A stretch of DNA of 64,000 bases from an uncultured Flavobacteriales bacterium (GTDB taxonomy: Bacteria > Bacteroidota > Bacteroidia > Flavobacteriales > UBA7312). The DNA lies in contig CAJWWC010000002.1 in the NCBI GenBank assembly GCA_913048435.1, positions 33,485 to 97,484 of the forward strand. Reading direction: 5' to 3'. The notes beneath the pieces were generated by a model. It was not told where the DNA came from and searched no databases. It saw only the letters and a list, made by a program, of their open reading frames with translations. Positions 58,463 through 64,000 of the stretch are shown here, one piece after another (position 1 is the stretch's first letter; each line of letters opens with the position of its first letter). A program made the translations under genes and the position numbers.

Positions 58463-61400
58463 TTAGCTAATACTGCAACAAGAGTAACTATAACGATAGA
58501 ATAATAAACAAATGAAGGAATAGGCATTGGATCACCTTTAGCGTAAGAATGTAAACCTGAAAGGTAGAAGTTCACTCCAAAATAGGTCATGATAATTGAA
58601 CTGTAAGCTATTATAGAGGCTAGGTTAAAAGCAAATTTTCCTTTAATTTTTGGTATGAAACGCATGTGCAAAACAAAAATATAAATTAGCATACTTGCCA
58701 AAGCCCAAGTTTCTTTAGGATCCCAGCCCCAATATCTACCCCAAGATTCATTAGCCCATATACCACCTAAAAAAGTACCTACAGACAACATAAACAAACC
58801 TGTTGTAATACTCATTTCATTAATAAATGTCAACTCCTTTAAACTAGCTGCTATTCTACTTTTATTCGTTGAAATTTGAATGACCATTAAGATTAAATTG
58901 AGGAATCCTAACAATGCACCAAGTGCCAAAAATCCATAACTAGCAGTTATGATAGCTACGTGAATGATAAGCCAATACGAATCTAAAACAGGCACTAAAT
59001 TGGTAATTTCGGGGTCTAACCAATTCAAAGCCGCTACCATTAGCAATAAGGAAGATAGAATAGCTGTAGCAGCTACAGTCATCAAACTTTTTCTCGAAAA
59101 AATGAATCCAGCTAATATGGTTGCCCAAGCTATATAAATAACGCTTTCATAAGCATTACTCCATGGTGCATGACCAGAGATAAACCATCTACCTACAAGA
59201 CCAACTGTATGAGCAAAGAAACCAATTCCTACAAGTACAAAAGCAAATTTTATAATATAATTACGCCATTTTCTTTCCTTTAAAATTTGCTGAATGAGTA
59301 GTAAAATCATTATTAAACCTACAATGGCATAGTAGTATGATAAACGATTAAAAACTTTAAACTCATTATAAAATACTTCAGATTCTATTTTCATATCCGA
59401 TGGATAAACATCAGAACCAAATTTCAATTGATAGTTCTTTATTGCTGTTAAGGTATTGTTTGGCACTTCATAGTCTCCGTCATTTAAGGCATGTTGTAAA
59501 CTCTTATAATAAATCGGTAGAATATTATTCACAAATAAAGAATCATCACCCATTAGTAAACCTTGATTCATAGATGGTGATATCCATTTGTTATTGCTGT
59601 CATCAGGGATTGGAAAAAATCGCATGAAAGAACCGTTATAGACCATATAACAGATGTTTACCCTTTCATCAACATTCATTACCTCCTTATCATACTTACT
59701 TCTTTCTGCTGGTTTTTTAGCGTAGGCTACCTCAACATCATTTGTTAAGACATATTTAGCTTCATCACTAAAAAATGATAAGAAGGATGTGAATTTGTCT
59801 TCTAGGCCTAGCTTTTCTTGTAACTCATCATTACTTACCTTAATCATTGGTGCTAACTGCCACAAATAAGGGTTTTGTAACATACCCAATACTACTTGAT
59901 TAGAGTTTAAACCTTTATACTCACTCTTTCTACTTACTTTTCTAAGAACTTCAGAAGTTGTTGTACTAAAAGGCTTTAGTCGACCACCATCATCTTGAAC
60001 AACTAATCTGCCAAATTTATCAGCGTGATTTTTGTCTATAGCATTGGCTTTAATGAGCGAATCTATTGATGATGAACTTTGAGCTAAAACATAAGATGAA
60101 AAGGAAACAAAAAATAATAAGGAAAGTGCTCTTTTGAGTCTTAAATCATCTAATTTTTTTCTCAATGAAGCAAAACGTGTTTTCTTAGAAAACATAGTTG
60201 CTACCATTCCCACAGTCATCATCAAATAACCTAAATAACTTATCCAAGTACCCCAAAAATCGTGATTTACAGAAAGGACTGTCCCCAATTCATCTTGGTC
60301 ATAAGAAGACTGGAAAAAACGATAGCCATGATAATCCAAAACGTTATTCATGAAAATACGATGATTGGTCTTTTCTTCACCATCTGTTAAAGTCACCTCA
60401 CTAGCAAAAGAAGCAGGACTATTTGAACCGGGATAACGCTCAAGCTGAAAATCGTTCAAGCCTATGAAAAAAGGTGTTTGGTAATATTTTGAGCCATAGG
60501 AAAGGGAAAAATTCAACCCTCCTAACTGGAACTGATTTTTATTACTAACAAAGCCCTTGTCGCCAAATAACTCAACAAGCTGTTCTTCACTGTTACATCT
60601 AACCATTACCTTTAGTAAGTCTTCCATTTCTTGACCTTCAGGATTTACTCCTGCATAATGTGTCAGAGTAGCTTTTTCATTCAAAACGGGAATTACAAAA
60701 TTTTGACCATCAACCATGTATAAGGAACGTAGCATAAGGGGTTGAATGCTATCTTTTTTGACGCTGCCTTGAAAACGATCTGCCATACGCATATACTTTC
60801 CATCTGAAGGAAGTTGAACCATTAGTTCATCGTTTTGATAAAAGAAATTAACGTGACCTGGTAAGGGTGTTCCAAAAGAAAAGTTTAAACCTAAATAGCG
60901 TTTTGCCCTACCCTCTTGCAAATAATAGGTTTCTCTACCATTTGCACCTGCCAAAACAATAGTCAACGTTGGAATACCTTCACCAACAATTAAAGTATCT
61001 ACGGCATTAGGAATATAATCGACATAATCTACAGAAATATCGTTATCTAAAAACTTCACATCTTGACTAAAGTTATTGGATTTTAAAAACTCTAATGGTC
61101 CAACATAATTGTGTAATAATAATGGCTTATCATAACTGTATTGATAAGCGTTGTCATGAACATTTATCTGTAAAAAAGTACGGTCAGATACAATTAAGTT
61201 GGATTGCTCACCCTCACGAATTGACATCATGCCCTCAAAACTTACGTATCTAGTGACACCAGCACCAATAACAATCATTATAAATGAGATGTGGAAAAGT
61301 AATACTGGCCATTTTTCTTTGCGCCAAAGTTTATATCTGTTGATATTAGCAATCATGTTGATACTGAGAAGCACAATAATAACCTCAAACCATGTTGTAT

Positions 61401-61539
61401 TATATATTAGAGCTTTAGCAGTTTGAGTACCAAAATCATTTTCTATAAAAGTGGCATATCCGATAGCAACAAAAAATATGAGTATCAAAATAGCCATCAG
61501 GCGCATTGAAAATAAATAGGCAATAAATTTATCTAACAT
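58435..61539 (-). CDS. ccsBA: Fused ResB/CcsB-CcsA cytochrome c synthase (System II, CcsBA-type)
   Basis: 1034 aa. ResB-like N-terminal TM plus a large periplasmic region. The C-terminal CcsA half carries the WWD motif WGRYWGWDPKETWAL and conserved His residues. Confidence 0.85.
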   Translation of the reverse strand: MLDKFIAYLFSMRLMAILILIFFVAIGYATFIENDFGTQTAKALIYNTTWFEVIIVLLSINMIANINRYKLWRKEKWPVLLFHISFIMIVIGAGVTRYVSFEGMMSIREGEQSNLIVSDRTFLQINVHDNAYQYSYDKPLLLHNYVGPLEFLKSNNFSQDVKFLDNDISVDYVDYIPNAVDTLIVGEGIPTLTIVLAGANGRETYYLQEGRAKRYLGLNFSFGTPLPGHVNFFYQNDELMVQLPSDGKYMRMADRFQGSVKKDSIQPLMLRSLYMVDGQNFVIPVLNEKATLTHYAGVNPEGQEMEDLLKVMVRCNSEEQLVELFGDKGFVSNKNQFQLGGLNFSLSYGSKYYQTPFFIGLNDFQLERYPGSNSPASFASEVTLTDGEEKTNHRIFMNNVLDYHGYRFFQSSYDQDELGTVLSVNHDFWGTWISYLGYLMMTVGMVATMFSKKTRFASLRKKLDDLRLKRALSLLFFVSFSSYVLAQSSSSIDSLIKANAIDKNHADKFGRLVVQDDGGRLKPFSTTTSEVLRKVSRKSEYKGLNSNQVVLGMLQNPYLWQLAPMIKVSNDELQEKLGLEDKFTSFLSFFSDEAKYVLTNDVEVAYAKKPAERSKYDKEVMNVDERVNICYMVYNGSFMRFFPIPDDSNNKWISPSMNQGLLMGDDSLFVNNILPIYYKSLQHALNDGDYEVPNNTLTAIKNYQLKFGSDVYPSDMKIESEVFYNEFKVFNRLSYYYAIVGLIMILLLIQQILKERKWRNYIIKFAFVLVGIGFFAHTVGLVGRWFISGHAPWSNAYESVIYIAWATILAGFIFSRKSLMTVAATAILSSLLLMVAALNWLDPEITNLVPVLDSYWLIIHVAIITASYGFLALGALLGFLNLILMVIQISTNKSRIAASLKELTFINEMSITTGLFMLSVGTFLGGIWANESWGRYWGWDPKETWALASMLIYIFVLHMRFIPKIKGKFAFNLASIIAYSSIIMTYFGVNFYLSGLHSYAKGDPMPIPSFVYYSIVIVTLVAVLAKWRQKQLIN

Positions 61540-61611
61540 AAAGGTTTAAATTTGGAAGTACAAAATTACTTAATTTTGTGATGATTTTATCTCAATTATC
61601 TGTATTTCAGT

Positions 61612-62358
61612 ATGACAAAAATAACAATGATAGGCGCAGGAAATTTAGCTACTCATTTGTGTCGTGCTTTGATAAACTCAGGACATGAAATTATTCAAAT
61701 ATATAGTAGATCAGTAAAATCGGCTTCAACTCTTGCTAAGAAAATAAATGTACCTTATACAAACGACACTAAAACAATCAAAAGTTCAGATTTAGCTATT
61801 ATCGCAGTTAATGACGATAGTATTAAAGACATCGAAAAGCATATATGTTTTCCTAAAGTTCATACTTCAGGAACAAAACCATTATCTTGTTTAAAAGGAA
61901 AAAATATTGGAGTCTTTTATCCGTTGCAAACCTTCAATAAAAATATAGATGTTAACTTTAAATCCATTCCAGTATGTGTAGAATCATCCAATAGTGATTT
62001 ATTGCAAACATTAAAAATATTAGCAGTATCTATTTCAGATAAAGTCGTAGAATTAAACAGCGAACAAAGAAAAAATTTGCACCTTGCTGCAGTAATTAGT
62101 TGTAACTTCAGCAATGTGCTTTACCGCTTCTCTGAAGAAATATGTCAAAAAGAAGGTATTCCTTTTGACATGTTGCAACCATTAATTTTAGAAACGGCAC
62201 AAAAAATCAAACATACAACACCCTTACAATCACAAACAGGACCGGCTAAAAGAGGTGATTTTGAAACGATTGCAAAACATTTAATGCTTTTAGAAAATGA
62301 TCATGAGAAAAAAGAAATTTATCAATTGCTAACAGCAAGTATTAAAAAACGTCAATGA
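61612..62358 (+). CDS. Rossmann-fold / DUF2520-type putative oxidoreductase
   Basis: N-terminal ITMIGAGNLATHL dinucleotide-binding motif. The C-terminal region fits the DUF2520 layout. It overlaps kdsC by 4 nt. Confidence 0.6.
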   Translation: MTKITMIGAGNLATHLCRALINSGHEIIQIYSRSVKSASTLAKKINVPYTNDTKTIKSSDLAIIAVNDDSIKDIEKHICFPKVHTSGTKPLSCLKGKNIGVFYPLQTFNKNIDVNFKSIPVCVESSNSDLLQTLKILAVSISDKVVELNSEQRKNLHLAAVISCNFSNVLYRFSEEICQKEGIPFDMLQPLILETAQKIKHTTPLQSQTGPAKRGDFETIAKHLMLLENDHEKKEIYQLLTASIKKRQ

Positions 62359-62858
62359 ATTATAAAGAAAAACTAAATCACATTAGAACATTCATTTTTG
62401 ATGTAGATGGTGTGCTAACAGATGGAAAAATATTACTTCACCCTTCAGGAGATCAAATAAGGAGTATGAATGTAAAAGATGGAATGGCAATTAGAGAAGC
62501 TATTAAAAAAGGATATCTAGTTGCTATAATTTCTGGAGGAAAAAGTCAAGGTCTAATAGAACGCTTTAAAAATCTAAAAATTAATGATGTATACCTTGCT
62601 TGTGACGACAAAAAAGATGCACTTAGTGATTTAATGCATATTCACAAACTTGATTCACAATCAGTTCTATATATGGGAGATGACATCAATGATTGGGAAG
62701 TTATGAATGAAGTAGGCCTAAGCTCATGCCCTAAAGACGCAGTTCCAGAAATAAAAGCTATTGCAGACTACATTTCACTTAAAAATGGTGGTCAAGGTTG
62801 CGTCAGAGATGTTATTGAACAAACACTTAAAGTACAAGGAAAATGGTCAAACTACTAG
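62355..62858 (+). CDS. kdsC: 3-deoxy-D-manno-octulosonate 8-phosphate phosphatase (HAD-IIIA)
   Basis: FIFDVDGVLTDG, ISGGKS, YMGDDINDWEVM and GGQGCVRDVIE. Confidence 0.8.
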   Translation: MNYKEKLNHIRTFIFDVDGVLTDGKILLHPSGDQIRSMNVKDGMAIREAIKKGYLVAIISGGKSQGLIERFKNLKINDVYLACDDKKDALSDLMHIHKLDSQSVLYMGDDINDWEVMNEVGLSSCPKDAVPEIKAIADYISLKNGGQGCVRDVIEQTLKVQGKWSNY

Positions 62859-63748
62859 ATTTTTTCAGACTAATAAGAACAAAAAATCTTTTAATTATTG
62901 CTATTAGTCAATACTTAATTCGCTATGCTATAATTATACCGATGACTGATAGTAAGAGTCTTAGTGATTTACAATTTTTCTGTTTAGTGATGTCAGCAAT
63001 TTTTATTGCCGCTGCTGGCTATATCATTAATGACTACTTTGACACTAGAGTTGATAGACTTAACAATAGAAAATTAATTATAGACCACACTATTAAGAGA
63101 CGTGAAGCTATTTTATTACACTTTGTATTCAGTGGAATAGGTATTTTTCTAGGTTTTTTTCTAGGTTGGAAAGTAGGTATTGTAAATCTTGGCTTTATAA
63201 ATCTATTCTGTTCTAGTGCATTGTGGTTTTACTCAACTCATTTTAAACGCGCTTATCTAAGTGGCAATCTGCTTATTAGTCTATTGGCTGCTTTAGTTAT
63301 ACTAATTATACCACTATATGAAATAATACCTAACCCAAATACAAATAGTGTAAATGCTTTTTATATAATCTGTGGTTATAGCATTTTTGCTTTCATTATG
63401 ACTTTTATCAGAGAAATTATTAAAGATTTCGAAGATGCTAATGGAGATAAAAAAATGGGCTACACTACTTTTGCAATAGTTTCAGCTAAAACAGCTAAAA
63501 AAGTAGTTCAGTCTTTAACTCTAATATTAATAACTATCATTGGAATTGTTGCTTTTCTTCAACTTAAATATTCAGCATATTTAGCTGCGACATATGTTAT
63601 TATGATAGTTGAAGTACCATTTATTTACTTTTTCATAAAGTCAATAGGTGTTAATTATAAAAAAGAATATCACCACCTAAGCCAAACTATAAAGTTAATT
63701 ATGATAACAGGAACTCTATCAATGTTAGTCTTTACACTTTTATTTTAA
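62843..63748 (+). CDS. UbiA-family prenyltransferase
   Basis: Eight or more TM segments, the first Asp-rich motif NDYFDTRVD, and a second motif region DFEDANGDKKMG. Confidence 0.75.
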   Translation: MVKLLDFFRLIRTKNLLIIAISQYLIRYAIIIPMTDSKSLSDLQFFCLVMSAIFIAAAGYIINDYFDTRVDRLNNRKLIIDHTIKRREAILLHFVFSGIGIFLGFFLGWKVGIVNLGFINLFCSSALWFYSTHFKRAYLSGNLLISLLAALVILIIPLYEIIPNPNTNSVNAFYIICGYSIFAFIMTFIREIIKDFEDANGDKKMGYTTFAIVSAKTAKKVVQSLTLILITIIGIVAFLQLKYSAYLAATYVIMIVEVPFIYFFIKSIGVNYKKEYHHLSQTIKLIMITGTLSMLVFTLLF

Positions 63749-63757
63749 AGTTATTTT

Positions 63758-64000
63758 ATGTTAAAAAACCTTAACGCGAAGACTATAATATTGGCTTCTA
63801 AATCTCCTAGAAGGCGAGACTTACTTTCTGATTTAGGTATTACTTTTAAAGTTATAGCAAAACCTATAAAAGAAGATTTTCCGTCAGAGATGAACCCTCA
63901 TTTAATTGCTGAATATCTAGCGAATAAGAAAAGTTCGGTATTTCATCCGAAAAGTGAAGAAATTATAATTACAGCTGATACTGTGGTAATTCATAATAGC
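63758..64000 (+). CDS. maf: Maf-family nucleoside triphosphate pyrophosphatase; 3' end outside the window
   Basis: MLKNLNAKTIILASKSPRRRDLLSDLGITFKV...IITADTVV. The frame is open to the window edge. Confidence 0.8.
   Translation, partial: MLKNLNAKTIILASKSPRRRDLLSDLGITFKVIAKPIKEDFPSEMNPHLIAEYLANKKSSVFHPKSEEIIITADTVVIHNS

Noticed and set aside
1-64000. Search for CRISPR repeats, IS elements or inverted terminal repeats, integrase/recombinase, phage, toxin-antitoxin or known defence genes
   Set aside because: None of the ORF translations shows transposase, integrase, Cas, restriction-modification, nuclease-NTPase or TA signatures. No regularly spaced direct repeats were seen in the few intergenic gaps longer than 100 bp. 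The single tRNA has no adjacent integrase.

Overview
This is a densely packed, low-GC chromosomal segment that looks like Bacteroidota, Flavobacteriia type. The evidence for that placement: four proteins end in type-A T9SS C-terminal sorting domains; the rpmB / rpmG / DUF4295 / ftsY / rimO neighbourhood is present; there is a fused ResB-CcsA cytochrome c synthase; bacillithiol genes bshC and bshB1 are present; and a TTTG-N19-TAAATTTG promoter sits upstream of rpmG. I support about 55 protein genes, one tRNA-His(GTG), and a few hairpin terminators. Bases 1.8-16.8 kb encode only exported or envelope proteins. Bases 16.8-23.3 kb form a co-directional housekeeping array (queE, folD, ffh, argS plus two guanidino-modifying enzymes) with ATGA overlaps. 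The remainder mixes housekeeping genes (ftsK, guaA, ftsY, rpmB/G, hisS, cinA, kdsC, maf), peptide uptake (DPP-IV, POT, M1 peptidase), redox and metal genes (copA, thioredoxin-fold pair, gpx, ccsBA, bshB1, bshC), and two giant BNR/Asp-box T9SS cargo proteins. I found no CRISPR array, integrase or transposase, phage module, toxin-antitoxin pair or recognisable defence system, so I cannot point to a clear novel system. The most unusual items are: (1) a translationally coupled lipoprotein plus putative beta-barrel pair with no family I can name; (2) a CsgG-like / LPP20-like lipoprotein cluster with no substrate gene; (3) rimO reduced to a ~0.38 kb relic; (4) an untracked CDGSH-type Fe-S mini-gene whose ATG is one frame off across an A6 tract; (5) a two-gene insertion splitting rpmB from rpmG. 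All functional calls rest on motifs read by eye from the translations. No database search was run.
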